This document shows, one piece after another, positions 18,316 through 27,741 of a DNA stretch of 33,491 nucleotides. The DNA is from Actinomycetes bacterium (GTDB lineage Bacteria; Actinomycetota; Actinomycetes; JAKEEW01). How positions within the stretch are numbered: position 1 is the first letter of the stretch; each line of letters starts with the position of its first letter. The translations under genes were made by a program, and so were the position numbers. The notes beneath the pieces were generated by a model. That model searched no databases and was not told where the DNA came from. It worked only from the letters and a program-made list of their open reading frames with translations. The stretch lies in contig DATFRM010000417.1 of NCBI GenBank assembly GCA_035263265.1, positions 1-33,491 on the forward strand, given 5' to 3'.

Positions 18316-19191
18316 ATGACAACCGCCAGGCAATGGATCGACGGAGCTCGACCGCGAACGCTGCCGGCCGCGCTCGCTCCGGTCGCGGTAGGAACCGGAG
18401 TGGCCGCGGCTGAGGGCACCGTCATTGGCTGGCGTGCGCTGACCGCGCTGTTCGTGGCGCTCGCGCTTCAGATCGGGGTGAACTACGCGAACGACTACTC
18501 GGACGGCATCCGAGGCACCGACGCGGACCGGGTCGGCCCGTTCCGGCTGGTCGGCTCCGGTGCCGCCAGCCCAGGCGCGGTAAAGACCGCCGCTTGGGCG
18601 TGCTTCGCCGCGGCGGCGGTCGCCGGACTGGCCCTGGCCGCGGTCACCACCTGGTGGTTGATCGCGATCGGAGCGGCTGCGATCGGCGCCGCCTGGTTCT
18701 ACACCGGTGGCAGCCGGCCGTACGGCTATCGGGCGCTCGGTGAGCTGTCGGTGTTCGTCTTCTTCGGGCTGGTCGCCGTGGTCGGGACCAGCTACGTCCA
18801 GCTCGAACGAGTGACCTGGCTGGCGGTGCTCGCCGCGGTCCCGGTCGGGCTGCTGGCCTGCGCACTCCTGGTGGCCAACAACCTGCGCGACATTCCGACC
18901 GATGGGCCGGCCGGCAAGCGGACGCTGGCAGTACTGCTGGGCGACCAGGCCAGCCGACGGCTGTACGGCAGCCTGCTGATCGGGTCGTTCCTGTTCGCCG
19001 TGCTGATCGCGGTGCTGTGGACGCCCTCGGCGCTGCTCGCGCTGGGCGCCGTCCCGCTGGCGGTTCGGCCGATTCGGGCGACCTGGACGGGAGCGAACGG
19101 CCGGGCGTTGATCCCGGTGCTCCGGGACACCGCTCGCCTCCAGCTCGCGTACGGACTGCTGCTGGCCGTTGGGTTAATGCTCAGTAGCTAG
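18316..19191 (+). CDS. menA: 1,4-dihydroxy-2-naphthoate polyprenyltransferase (UbiA family)
   Basis: Lies within the track ORF 18121..19191; the start is ATG 18316 (MTTARQWIDGARPRTLPAA...). It has the UbiA motif NYANDYSDGIRGTD and a second Asp-rich region NNLRDIPTD. It is polytopic and hydrophobic. Confidence 0.9.
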   Translation: MTTARQWIDGARPRTLPAALAPVAVGTGVAAAEGTVIGWRALTALFVALALQIGVNYANDYSDGIRGTDADRVGPFRLVGSGAASPGAVKTAAWACFAAAAVAGLALAAVTTWWLIAIGAAAIGAAWFYTGGSRPYGYRALGELSVFVFFGLVAVVGTSYVQLERVTWLAVLAAVPVGLLACALLVANNLRDIPTDGPAGKRTLAVLLGDQASRRLYGSLLIGSFLFAVLIAVLWTPSALLALGAVPLAVRPIRATWTGANGRALIPVLRDTARLQLAYGLLLAVGLMLSS

Positions 19192-19302
19192 CGGGCTACC
19201 TGGCCTTGGCGGGCTTGCGCCGCCACGGCTAACCCCCGCCGGACCGCAGCGGCCGGAACTGGGAGATACCCTGTCGAGAAGCTACCGGGTCAATGAAGGG
19301 GC

Positions 19303-19803
19303 ATGGAGATGCTACGAGTGCTGCCCTTCGTGTTGGTTCTCGGGATCTGGCTGTTCGCTCTCATCGACTGCGTCATGACTCCGGAACGCGAGGTCCGGAA
19401 CCTGCCGAAGATCGCTTGGCTCGCCATCATCGTGCTGACACTGGTCATCGGCGCGGTGTGCTGGCTGTTTCTGGGGCGCCCGAGCACGCAGCTCCGGCCA
19501 GGCGCGCCAGCTCGCCGACCGGCCGGCGGCACCGGCACCCGCCCACCGGCCAGCCGGCCGAGAGGGCCGGTGGGGCCGGACGACGATCCGGACTTCCTGC
19601 GCCAGCTTGGCCGCAGCAACGCCGAGCACGAACGGATGCTGCGGGACTGGGAGCAGCACCTCAAGGACCAGGAGCAGGAGCAGCGGCGGAAGCGTGCCCG
19701 CAAGCAGGAGCGCGAGGACGGCCGCAAGGGCGACGGCAACGGCCAGGCGGCCACCCCGGACGGCTCGGACAGCTCCGACGGAGCGGACGGCTCCGAGAGT
19801 TGA
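19303..19803 (+). CDS. Small membrane protein with a PLDc_N-like N-terminus and a highly charged, low-complexity tail
   Basis: 166 aa. Two TM helices carry the motif LFALIDCV......VRNLPKIAWLAIIVL..VIGAVCWLFLGRP, typical of the PLD-nuclease-N-terminal small-protein family. The C-terminal half is rich in Pro, Arg, Glu and Asp. The start could instead be the ATG at 19309. Confidence 0.7.
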   Translation: MEMLRVLPFVLVLGIWLFALIDCVMTPEREVRNLPKIAWLAIIVLTLVIGAVCWLFLGRPSTQLRPGAPARRPAGGTGTRPPASRPRGPVGPDDDPDFLRQLGRSNAEHERMLRDWEQHLKDQEQEQRRKRARKQEREDGRKGDGNGQAATPDGSDSSDGADGSES

Positions 19804-19821
19804 TTCCGATCGGCCGCTCAG

Positions 19822-19887
19822 CCAGTCCAATCGGTGACAGATCTCGACCGGCGACCAGCCCAATCGGCGACAGATCTCGACGCGCGA
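19822..19887. repeat. Two tandem 33-bp units in the convergent spacer between the PLDc_N-like gene and ccsB, followed by a degenerate ccggcga microrepeat
   Basis: The units are ccagtccaatcggtgacagatctcgaccggcga (19822-19854) and ccagcccaatcggcgacagatctcgacgcgcga (19855-19887), identical at 29/33 positions by hand alignment. The tail at 19888-19920 contains ccggcgaccggcgaccggg. Confidence 0.8.
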
Positions 19888-19924
19888 CCTGCGCAACCGG
19901 CGACCGGCGACCGGGCGCGGTGCG

Positions 19925-20944
19925 TCACATCTTGGCGTACGAGTGCTTGCCGATGATCCAGATGTTCACCCCGAACAGGTTGAACAGCAGGCAGCCGATC
20001 CCAACCAGCGCGATCATGGCCGCCGCCCGGCCCTTCCAGCCCGCGGTGACGCGCGCGTGCAGGTAGCCGGCGAACACTACCCAGGTGATGAACGACCAGG
20101 TCTCCTTCGGATCCCAGCCCCAGTACCGGCCCCACGCGTTCTCCGCCCAGATCGCGCCGGCGATGACCGCGAACGTCCAGATCGGGAACGCGAACGCGAA
20201 GACCCGGTACGCCAGCCGGTCGATCACGTCCGGGTCAGGCAGCCGGCGAGCCCCGATGTAGGCCGGGCCGAGCCCACGCCGGGCCCGGAGGTCGAGCCCG
20301 AGGTAAAGCAGCGTCAGCACGGCGCCGACCGTGAAGCACCCGCTCGCGATCACCGCGGCCGCGACGTGGATGACCAGCCAGACCGAGTGCAGCGCGGGCA
20401 TCAGCTGGCCGGCATCGACGTAGAGCACGGTGACCGCGGCACCGAGGGCGAGCAGCACCGGCATCGTGACGAACAGCCCCAACCAGCGGGCGTCGAAGCG
20501 ACGCAGCAGGGCCAGGTACACCAGCACGACGACCAGAGTGCCGGCGGTGACGAATTCGTACATGTTGCCCCACGGCACCCGGCCGACCGACAGGCCGCGG
20601 GTTAGCACGCCGGCCAGATGTAGGCCGGCGGCCAGGACCGTCAGCGAGACCCCGATCCGGCCCAGCCGCTCGGCCCGATCGACCCCCGCGGCGTCGGGCG
20701 CGGGCACGCCGTCGGGCCCGGGCCCGTCGGCCGATAACGGCGCCTCGGCATTCGTGTCGCCGCCCACCCCACCGACAGCCGCGTCCCCACCACCGGCCAT
20801 CACCAGCTCCGGCACCGTGCGGCCGACCCGGCTACGCGCCCCGAACGCCCATTCGGCGACGTAGGCGAACAGCGCGAGTGCGTAGACCGCGGTCGCCGAG
20901 ACGACGAAGTTGTAGCTGATACCAGCCAGCGTTTCGTTGACCAT
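19925..20944 (-). CDS. ccsB: Cytochrome c biogenesis protein CcsB/CcsA (system II haem-handling subunit)
   Basis: Lies within the track ORF 19925..21343; the start is ATG 20944 (MVNETLAGISYNF...). The C-terminal tryptophan-rich WWD-type motif reads WAENAWGRYWGWDPKETWSFITW. It is polytopic and lies downstream of resB with a 2-nt gap. Confidence 0.9.
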   Translation of the reverse strand: MVNETLAGISYNFVVSATAVYALALFAYVAEWAFGARSRVGRTVPELVMAGGGDAAVGGVGGDTNAEAPLSADGPGPDGVPAPDAAGVDRAERLGRIGVSLTVLAAGLHLAGVLTRGLSVGRVPWGNMYEFVTAGTLVVVLVYLALLRRFDARWLGLFVTMPVLLALGAAVTVLYVDAGQLMPALHSVWLVIHVAAAVIASGCFTVGAVLTLLYLGLDLRARRGLGPAYIGARRLPDPDVIDRLAYRVFAFAFPIWTFAVIAGAIWAENAWGRYWGWDPKETWSFITWVVFAGYLHARVTAGWKGRAAAMIALVGIGCLLFNLFGVNIWIIGKHSYAKM

Positions 20945-20946
20945 GC

Positions 20947-22629
20947 CTAGTCCCTGTCCCTCACCGGGAGGTCCGTGCCCGTCCCGAGGACCCGGTCCGA
21001 GCCCCCGTCCCCGTCCGCCACTCCGAGCCGCTCGCGCAGCCGAGCCGCGAGCCGATCTACCTCGCCGTCGAGTCCGGGCGCCTCGGTCCGGGCCAGCGCG
21101 CCGAGTTCGACAACCGTACGCCCGGCCTCGTCCGCGCTCGCTCGTACCCACACCCGGCGCCGCCGGATGCTCAGCGACAGCAGCAGTCCGAGCAACGCGA
21201 GCGCCGCCGACGCCAGCGCCGGTAGTCGCCCGGGATCCTTGGCGATGTCCAGGTTGACCCACTCCCGGTAGCCGTCGAACGTGATCGAGCCCAGCCCGCC
21301 GGGCAGCTTCGCCCGCTGTCCCGGCGCCAACGCGGTGCGCCACGGCCCCGCGGCCGCGTCGGAGCCCGCTCGCAGCTGGGTCAGCTTGCGGGTGTCCAGC
21401 CGGTACACCGACTGCGGGATGCCCGCGTCCAGTCCGAGATCGCCGCGCCAGCCGGTGAGCACCAGCCGAGGATTGAGCGCGGCGGGGAAGGTCGAGATTG
21501 GCCCGAGGTTCGGATCGAACGCGGCGGTCGGCAGGAAGAAGCCATCGAAGCCGAGCTGCTCAGGCACGGCGTCCGGCACTTTGATGACACCGCCCGAGGC
21601 GAGGCTGGTCGGCTCCTGGCGGATGAACGGCACCGCGCCATGGAACACGATCGCGCCGTCGGCGTCGCGGACGGTCACCACCGGCGCATAGCCGTGCGCG
21701 CCGAGGAAGATCTTGACCCCGCCCAACTCTAGCGGATGGTTGACTCGGATCCGAGCTGTCTGCATCGGCGCGCCGGGCTCACGCGAGAAGTCGACAACGG
21801 CGGCGAAGTCCGCCGGCTGACCGCGCTGCGGGCCGGCTTCGAGATACCGGGCGGAGAAGTCGGCGAGCTTTAGCGTGAACGGCGACAGCTGGTCTGGATC
21901 GAGCATCCGGCCCGGGGTGAGCGTGTCGTACTGGGTAACCGTGTTCGTGAAACCGTCCCCCTCGACCACGAGGGCACTGCCCCGGAAGCCGTACATCTTG
22001 CCGGCCGCGAACGCCACAAGCAGCCCTAGGACGGCCAGATGGAACAGCAGGTTGCCGGTATCGCGCAGGTAGCCCTTCTCGGCCCGAACGGTGCCTGGCT
22101 CGGCCACCACCCGAAACCGGGCGCGGCGTAGCGCCTGCCCCGCGGCGGCGACGACGCTGACCGGCTCGGCGGTCGTGCGGAACGTGCGGTAGCCGGGCAA
22201 CCTGGACAGATTCCGCGGAGTCGCCGGCGGCTGGGCTCGGAGCGCCGCCGCATGCTGCCAGCTGCGCGGCACGAAGCAGCCGATCAGCGACATGAACAGC
22301 AGCAGGTAGATGGCCGCGAACCAGATCGAGCCGAACACGTTGAACAGACCGAGTCGTTGCAACCACGGAGCCGCGTCCGGGTGCGCCGCGACGAAGTCGC
22401 GCACCGCCGCCGGATTCTGCGGCGTCTGCGGGATCACCGAGCCGGGCACGGCGGCCAGCGCGAGCAGGAACAGCAGGATCAGCGCGACCCGCATGGAGGT
22501 GAGCTGCCGCCACATCCAGCGCAACAGCTCGAGCGGGCCGAGCTCGGGCAGCCGCGGCGGCGTTCGGTCGGGCAGATCGGGAGCGACGGTTGGGGCCTCG
22601 GCGGTGCGTCCGGATGAGATCGTGGTCAT
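20947..22629 (-). CDS. resB: Cytochrome c biogenesis protein ResB/Ccs1
   Basis: Lies within the track ORF 20947..22725; the start is ATG 22629 (MTTISSGRTAE...). It shows RWMWRQLTSMRVALILLFLLALAAVPGSVIPQ (typical ResB N-terminus), a large extracytoplasmic domain and a C-terminal TM segment. It is syntenic with ccdA and ccsB. Confidence 0.88.
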   Translation of the reverse strand: MTTISSGRTAEAPTVAPDLPDRTPPRLPELGPLELLRWMWRQLTSMRVALILLFLLALAAVPGSVIPQTPQNPAAVRDFVAAHPDAAPWLQRLGLFNVFGSIWFAAIYLLLFMSLIGCFVPRSWQHAAALRAQPPATPRNLSRLPGYRTFRTTAEPVSVVAAAGQALRRARFRVVAEPGTVRAEKGYLRDTGNLLFHLAVLGLLVAFAAGKMYGFRGSALVVEGDGFTNTVTQYDTLTPGRMLDPDQLSPFTLKLADFSARYLEAGPQRGQPADFAAVVDFSREPGAPMQTARIRVNHPLELGGVKIFLGAHGYAPVVTVRDADGAIVFHGAVPFIRQEPTSLASGGVIKVPDAVPEQLGFDGFFLPTAAFDPNLGPISTFPAALNPRLVLTGWRGDLGLDAGIPQSVYRLDTRKLTQLRAGSDAAAGPWRTALAPGQRAKLPGGLGSITFDGYREWVNLDIAKDPGRLPALASAALALLGLLLSLSIRRRRVWVRASADEAGRTVVELGALARTEAPGLDGEVDRLAARLRERLGVADGDGGSDRVLGTGTDLPVRDRD

Positions 22630-22633
22630 CGCG

Positions 22634-23395
22634 CTACACCGCCGGGGTGAACGTCGAGGTCCACACCCGCAGCTGGATGGACAGGTCGGTCCAGAGCCCG
22701 GTGACCAGCAACAGTCCGAGCGCAATGAGCATCGCGCCGCCCGCCCGCATTACCCACAGGTGATGCCGCCGGACCCAGTCGAACGCGCCGAGCGCCCGCC
22801 GGAAGCCGATAGCGGCCAGCACGAACGGCAGGCCGAGCCCGAGCGAGTACGCCACGGTGAGCACCGCGCCCCGACCGGCGCTCGCGGTCGTGTACGCCAG
22901 CGCCTGCACCGCACCGAGCGTCGGGCCGATGCAGGGCGTCCAGCCGAGACCGAACAGCGCGCCCAGCACCGGGGCGCCGACCAGGCCCGCGGCCGGCATC
23001 GCGTGCAACCGCCACTCGCGTTGCAGCCCCGGCAGCACGCCGATGAACGCGAGCCCGAAGACGATGACGAGCAGCCCGAGCGCGACATTGATCGCGTTCT
23101 GATGCGCGAGCAGGTCGGACCCCAGATATCCGAACAGCGCGCCGAACGACGCGAACACCGCAGTGAAGCCGAGCACGAACAGCAACGTGCCGGCCACCAC
23201 CCGGCCCCGGTGCGGTCCACTCGGGTTGTTCGAATCGGCGAGGTCGGCACCGGACATGCCGGTGACGTAGGACAGGTAGCCGGGCACCAGCGGCAGGATG
23301 CACGGGGACAGGAACGAGACCAGGCCGGCAAGGGCCGCGACCGGCAACGCGAGCAGCAGCGGACCGTCGGTAACCACCCCGGCGAACCCGTCCAC
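22634..23395 (-). CDS. ccdA: Cytochrome c-type biogenesis thiol-disulfide transporter CcdA (DsbD-beta family)
   Basis: Lies within the track ORF 22634..23743; I prefer the GTG at 23395 (VDGFAGVVTDGPLLL...), just after the upstream stop at 23398. It carries the two conserved membrane-embedded Cys motifs, FLSPCILPLVPGYL and GWTPCIGPTLG. Confidence 0.88.
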   Translation of the reverse strand: MDGFAGVVTDGPLLLALPVAALAGLVSFLSPCILPLVPGYLSYVTGMSGADLADSNNPSGPHRGRVVAGTLLFVLGFTAVFASFGALFGYLGSDLLAHQNAINVALGLLVIVFGLAFIGVLPGLQREWRLHAMPAAGLVGAPVLGALFGLGWTPCIGPTLGAVQALAYTTASAGRGAVLTVAYSLGLGLPFVLAAIGFRRALGAFDWVRRHHLWVMRAGGAMLIALGLLLVTGLWTDLSIQLRVWTSTFTPAV

Positions 23396-23397
23396 GG

Positions 23398-24024
23398 CTA
23401 GGGCCGCCCGGGTTCGGCGATGATCGGGCTTATCAGGTCGCGCAACATCGGCTCGGTCAGCGGGGTCAGGGCGCGGGCCGCCATCCGGCCCTCCCGGTCG
23501 ATGACCAGTGTGGTCGGGATCGCCGCCGGAGGCAGCGTGCCCCGGAACGCGACGACCAGCTCGCCGTCCCGGTCGACGACGCTCGGGTAGCTGACTCCGA
23601 CCTTGCGTTCGAACGCCCGGGCGTTGTCCGGCTCGTCCCTGGTATTGAGGCCGACGAACGCGACCCCATCGTTCTTGGTCGCCTGGTAGGTCTGCTCGAG
23701 GTGCGGCGCCTCGGCCCGGCACGGCGCGCACCAGGAGGCCCACACGTTGAGTACGACCACCTTGCCGCGCAACGCGCCCAGGTCGAACTGGTCGCCGGTC
23801 AGCGTCGTGCCGATCAGCGCCGGGGCGGGCTTGCGGTCGGCGGCCGGCACGGTCTGCACCGAGCCGTTGCCGGCCACGAATGCCTGCTCGGCCCCACCCC
23901 GGCCGGCTCCGCCGCCCGAGCCGCTGCAGCCAGCCAGGGCGGCGATCAGCGCAGCCAGCAGGATCGCGCGCCCGGCCGGTCTGGATCGGCGGGGGTCATG
24001 GTGGCGGCGCATTGATGCGGTCAT
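23398..24024 (-). CDS. TlpA/ResA-like thiol-disulfide oxidoreductase lipoprotein
   Basis: 208 aa with the lipobox LAGCSG. The thioredoxin fold carries the active site NVWASWCAPCRAE. It is adjacent to ccdA and resB. Confidence 0.88.
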   Translation of the reverse strand: MTASMRRHHDPRRSRPAGRAILLAALIAALAGCSGSGGGAGRGGAEQAFVAGNGSVQTVPAADRKPAPALIGTTLTGDQFDLGALRGKVVVLNVWASWCAPCRAEAPHLEQTYQATKNDGVAFVGLNTRDEPDNARAFERKVGVSYPSVVDRDGELVVAFRGTLPPAAIPTTLVIDREGRMAARALTPLTEPMLRDLISPIIAEPGRP

Positions 24025-24033
24025 GATCGGTTC

Positions 24034-24699
24034 TTACGCTCCGCTGGAGAACGTCTTGGCGTACTTGGCCGGAAGCAGGTCCCGGGCCGGTTCGGTATAG
24101 CCCACGGCCTCGATCTCGTCACCGACATAGGTGAAGCTGGTGAGGCTGGCCAGTGTGCACTGCCGCTTGCGCGGGTCGTGCCAGAGGTGCCGACCCTCGA
24201 CCTGGCAGCGGGTGACCCAGATCGGCAACTGGTGGCTGACCACGATCACCTCCGCCCCGCGAGCCTGGTCCCGAGCGTCGGCCATCGCCGCCAGCATTCG
24301 GCCGACCTGGTTACGGTACGGCTCACCCCAGGACGGCCGGAACGGATTGCGCAGCCGCCACCAGTGCGTGGGCCGGCGCAGCGAGCCGTCCCCGACCCCG
24401 AAGGTCAGGCCCTCGAACACGTTCTCCGCCTCGATGACCCGAGGATCGGTGCGCACCTGCAGGCCGAACGCGGTTGCGATCGGCTGCGCGGTCTCCAGCG
24501 CCCGCTCGAGCGGCGAGGACACCACGGCTGCGATTTCCTTCTCGGAGTTGCGCAGATACTCCACGATCCGGTCGGCCATCTTCCGTCCTAGCTCGGACAG
24601 GTGGTAGCCGGGTAACCGGCCGTACAGCACGCCGGTCGGGTTCTGCACTTCACCGTGCCGGAGCAGATGCACCGTGGTGATCTCGGCCTCGGACGTCAT
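24034..24699 (-). CDS. Histidine phosphatase family protein (phosphoglycerate-mutase-like)
   Basis: 221 aa with the catalytic LLRHGEV (RHG) motif near the N-terminus and a downstream SH motif (VVSHQLPI). Its ATG overlaps the hemL stop (ATGA). A gene of this family occupies the same position between hemL and the thioredoxin gene in mycobacteria. Confidence 0.8.
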   Translation of the reverse strand: MTSEAEITTVHLLRHGEVQNPTGVLYGRLPGYHLSELGRKMADRIVEYLRNSEKEIAAVVSSPLERALETAQPIATAFGLQVRTDPRVIEAENVFEGLTFGVGDGSLRRPTHWWRLRNPFRPSWGEPYRNQVGRMLAAMADARDQARGAEVIVVSHQLPIWVTRCQVEGRHLWHDPRKRQCTLASLTSFTYVGDEIEAVGYTEPARDLLPAKYAKTFSSGA

Positions 24700-26030
24700 C
24701 CGGTCTCCTGGTCGGCGGGTCTGGCGGCCGCAGCGGCCCTGGCCGCCGCCGGAAACGCGTCGATGATCCGGTCCAGCGCCGCGTCATCGTGGGCGGCGGA
24801 CACGAACCAGGCCTCGTACGCGCTCGGCGGCAGGTACACGCCCTGGTCCAGCATGCGGTGGAAGAACGCGGCGAACCGGTGCGTCTCCTGGCGCCTGGCC
24901 ACGTCGAAATCGGTGACGTCCGCATCGACGAAGAACACCGAGAACAGGTTCCCGGCGGTCTGGAGCCGGTGCGGCACGCCCTCCTTGTCCAGCGTGGCAC
25001 TCACCGCCTGGCCGAGCACCGCCGCGGCTCGGTCGAGGTGCTCGTAGACGTCGGACGTGCAGTTGCGCAAGGTGGCCAGCCCGGCCGCGGTCGCCACCGG
25101 GTTACCGGACAGGGTGCCGGCCTGGTACACCGACCCGCTCGGAGCGAGCAGGCCCATGACGCCCCGCCGACCGCCGAACGCGGCCGCCGGGAACCCGCCG
25201 CCCATCACCTTCCCGAACGTGATGAGATCCGGCGTTACGCCCTCCAGCCCGTACCAGCCGGCCCGGCTGACTCGGAATCCGGTCATCACCTCGTCGGAGA
25301 TGAACAGCGCGCCATGCTCATGGCAAAGCTCGGCGATCCGAGCGGTGAAGCCGGCACGGGGCGGCACCACGCCCATGTTGCCCGGCGCCGCCTCAGCGAT
25401 GACCGCCGCGACATGAGTGCCGTGCGCGGCGAACGCGGATTCCAGCGCCGCCACGTCGTTGTACCTGAGCACGACCGTGTCCTGCGCCTGAGCGCCGGTC
25501 ACCCCCGGCGTGTCCGGCAGCGCGAACGTGGCCACGCCGGAACCGGCGCTCGCCAGCAGCGCATCGACGTGACCGTGATAGCACCCGGCGAACTTGATGA
25601 CCTTCGTGCGGCCGGTATAGCCACGGGCCAGCCGGATGGCAGACATGGTCGCCTCGGTGCCGGAGCTCACGAGCCGCACCTGCTCGGCCGGCGCTACCCG
25701 TTCGGTGATCTCTTCGGCCAGCGCCACCTCGCCCTCGGTCGGCGCGCCGAACGACGTGCCGTCGGCCACCGCACCTTGCGCGGCCGCCACCACCGCCGGA
25801 TGGGCGTGCCCGAGAATCAGCGGGCCCCAGGAACAGACCAGATCGACGTACTCCCGGCCGTCCACATCGATGAGATAGGGACCGCGCCCGGTGGCGATGA
25901 ACCGCGGGGTGCCGCCGACCGCCCGGAACGCGCGCACTGGCGAGTTGACCCCACCCGGGATGACCGCCGTCGCTCGCGCGAACAATGCCCGGGACCGCGG
26001 CACGTCGGCGCTGGCGAACGGCTGCGGCAT
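24696..26030 (-). CDS. hemL: Glutamate-1-semialdehyde 2,1-aminomutase
   Basis: 444 aa. It shows ...[17 protein letters not shown]......GPYL.DVDG.EY.D...SWGP...GHAHP... and the PLP-lysine region [13 protein letters not shown]. Confidence 0.94.
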   Translation of the reverse strand: MPQPFASADVPRSRALFARATAVIPGGVNSPVRAFRAVGGTPRFIATGRGPYLIDVDGREYVDLVCSWGPLILGHAHPAVVAAAQGAVADGTSFGAPTEGEVALAEEITERVAPAEQVRLVSSGTEATMSAIRLARGYTGRTKVIKFAGCYHGHVDALLASAGSGVATFALPDTPGVTGAQAQDTVVLRYNDVAALESAFAAHGTHVAAVIAEAAPGNMGVVPPRAGFTARIAELCHEHGALFISDEVMTGFRVSRAGWYGLEGVTPDLITFGKVMGGGFPAAAFGGRRGVMGLLAPSGSVYQAGTLSGNPVATAAGLATLRNCTSDVYEHLDRAAAVLGQAVSATLDKEGVPHRLQTAGNLFSVFFVDADVTDFDVARRQETHRFAAFFHRMLDQGVYLPPSAYEAWFVSAAHDDAALDRIIDAFPAAARAAAAARPADQETG

Positions 26031-26069
26031 GCGGCCCAGTGTGTCAGCCTCTGCCCAGCCGCCGCCGCG

Positions 26070-26699
26070 CTACCCCGGATCGGCTCGCCTCAGCGCCGGC
26101 TCGAACGCGGTCCCGCCCCCGGCCGCCAGCTCGGCGCCGACCCTGCGCAGGTTGCTGATCCACTCCTGGTCCGGCACCGGCGGCAGCAGGTCGTCCCAGA
26201 TCGCCAGGCACGTCCCGCGCAACTGCCACATACCGGAAGGCCTGGTCAGGAACCAGACGTGCAGGTGCTCAGCTCCGTCGCCCCACCGGTTGACGTGCAC
26301 CCTGGCCACCCCATCCAGGGCCCGCATGGCATTCGACAACCGCCGGATCATGAGACCGAACTCGGCGGTCAGATCGTCGGGCAGATCCTCGAGGTCGTGG
26401 TGCTCGTTCGGATACAGCATGAGCACCGCGGGCAGCCCGGTCGGCTCGCCGAGGTATCGGACATGCCACCGCTCGTCGCGCCACAACACGCCGCGCTCCG
26501 GCTCGGCGCAGACCCGGCAGTCGCCGCCGCCCGGCTCGCCGTTCCGCGCCGGCTCCGGCACGAGCGGGGGGTCGAGCACCTTGATCTGGAGATCGCCCTC
26601 GAACGGAAACATGTCCCAGTGCGCGATCTCGGGCAGCGGTAGTCGCTGCCCGATCGGTAGCCGCGCCACATACCCGCTGGGCTCGGTCGACGGATTCAT
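26070..26699 (-). CDS. HIT-like (histidine-triad fold) protein with a degenerate triad, function unknown
   Basis: 209 aa. It shows CRVCAEPE...LWRDERWHVRYL....PAVLMLYPNEHHDLEDLPDD......VHVNRWGDGAEHLHVWFLTRP. The layout resembles HIT proteins (C-x-x-C, then ...H-phi-H-phi-H-phi-phi), but the last His position is Trp. This family call has low certainty. Confidence 0.5.
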   Translation of the reverse strand: MNPSTEPSGYVARLPIGQRLPLPEIAHWDMFPFEGDLQIKVLDPPLVPEPARNGEPGGGDCRVCAEPERGVLWRDERWHVRYLGEPTGLPAVLMLYPNEHHDLEDLPDDLTAEFGLMIRRLSNAMRALDGVARVHVNRWGDGAEHLHVWFLTRPSGMWQLRGTCLAIWDDLLPPVPDQEWISNLRRVGAELAAGGGTAFEPALRRADPG

Positions 26700-26753
26700 G
26701 GGATCAGAGTGCCAGCACCCACCGACCGATTCCGTTCCCGCGGCGGTCTGGTG

Positions 26754-26797
26754 GGGGCGGCCGGCTGAGTATTGGCTGGGCTACCGAACCGCCCCCA
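26754..26797 (-). terminator. Possible intrinsic-terminator-like hairpin downstream of the lipoprotein gene
   Basis: The 8-bp GC stem gggggcgg (26754-26761) / ccgccccc (26790-26797) encloses a 28-nt loop. It begins 13 nt after the stop at 26810. There is no U-tract, so the call is weak. Confidence 0.25.
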
Positions 26798-26809
26798 GGA
26801 GCGGGTCGA

Positions 26810-27265
26810 TCAGCCGGTATTGCTCTGGCCGCAGGTGCCCAGCCCGTACTCGGTCAACTTGCTGTTGACCTCCTCGAATGGGTCCGACGCCGACGGATCG
26901 GTGAGGGCCGACGGGTCGTCTGCCATCTGGTCGAGCAGCGCCTCGGCGTCGTCGAAGACCTGGTCGAGCATGGCCGCATCGGCGCTGGGAAATCCGATCG
27001 CGCGGATATCGGCGACCTGCTGCCTGATGTTCGGGACCAGCACCTCTTCGATCGCCTTCTCGATGCCCTCCTGACTGCTCACGTCGGCACCGGCCATGGC
27101 CGTCGCGAGTTCGGCCGAGCCTTGGGCGCAGACCTGATTTGCCTGGCTGATGAAGGCCGCCTTGCTGATATCCGTACCACCGCTGCCGCCGCCGTCGTCA
27201 CCGCCGCAGCCCGCGAGCGCGACCACGGCGGCTAAGCCGACCAGGGTGGTGATGAGCTTGGGCAT
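26810..27265 (-). CDS. Putative lipoprotein, function unknown
   Basis: 151 aa. The signal peptide carries the lipobox LAGCGG, followed by a Gly/Asp linker. The mature part is acidic with two further Cys residues. A GGAGG Shine-Dalgarno lies 7-11 nt upstream of the ATG at 27265. Confidence 0.7.
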   Translation of the reverse strand: MPKLITTLVGLAAVVALAGCGGDDGGGSGGTDISKAAFISQANQVCAQGSAELATAMAGADVSSQEGIEKAIEEVLVPNIRQQVADIRAIGFPSADAAMLDQVFDDAEALLDQMADDPSALTDPSASDPFEEVNSKLTEYGLGTCGQSNTG

Positions 27266-27684
27266 GTATGTCCTCCGGAGATCGCTCGGGAATCGACCGC
27301 GCGATTGTTCCGGAGCCCACGCGATTGCACAAACGACCTGGCAGCCTCGCGGCAGCGGCCGTTTTCGCCGCGCGTACCCGGTACCAGCGAGGGGCCGCCC
27401 GCGGCGGTTGTCGCGCGGAACGGCCCCTCGGGGCGATCGCCTGGAGTCTGTTGCCGACTACCGGCGACCGCCCGGAAGAGCCGTGCGCCTACGGAAGAGC
27501 TGCCACTGACGGCGAACCGCCAGGAGCTCGTTCCGCCGGCTCAGCCGGCTATGGCTGATTCGCGCGGCTCCTCCCAAACATCCCGCCACTTCCGAGTGCC
27601 CCTACATAACGCCAGATCTCCGCGGCGTCGGCAACCCCTTTACGGTGCCGACCGAGCGCCACCCCGCCCCCACACACTGATCAT

Positions 27685-27741
27685 TCATGATCACGGAATC
27701 CTGGGGTACGGAAATCTGCACCTAAGTCTCCGTGATCATGA
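27685..27741. repeat. Perfect 13-bp inverted repeat with a 31-nt spacer in a locally AT-richer patch downstream of hemB
   Basis: The arms are tcatgatcacgga (27685-27697) and tccgtgatcatga (27729-27741). Three TGATCA hexamers occur at 27678, 27688 and 27734. The direct repeat acggaa lies at 27693 and 27708. Confidence 0.85.

Noticed and set aside
20945-21343. N-terminal extensions of several track ORFs: ccsB to 21343, ccdA to 23743, resB to 22725, nuoF to 4031, menA from 18121, hemB to 28817, menB to 17035
   Set aside because: The extensions overlap the upstream gene, are Arg/Gly-rich, and precede internal starts that align with the conserved family N-termini and/or follow good Shine-Dalgarno sequences.
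24789-26642. 617-aa plus-strand ORF antisense to hemL and the HIT-like gene
   Set aside because: It is an Arg/Gly/Pro-rich shadow frame. hemL on the minus strand is unambiguous.
27490-27515. GCCACTG string reminiscent of the conserved cobalamin-riboswitch core
   Set aside because: It is on the plus strand, where no downstream gene exists because hemB is antisense there. The flanking conserved cobalamin-riboswitch elements are not evident.
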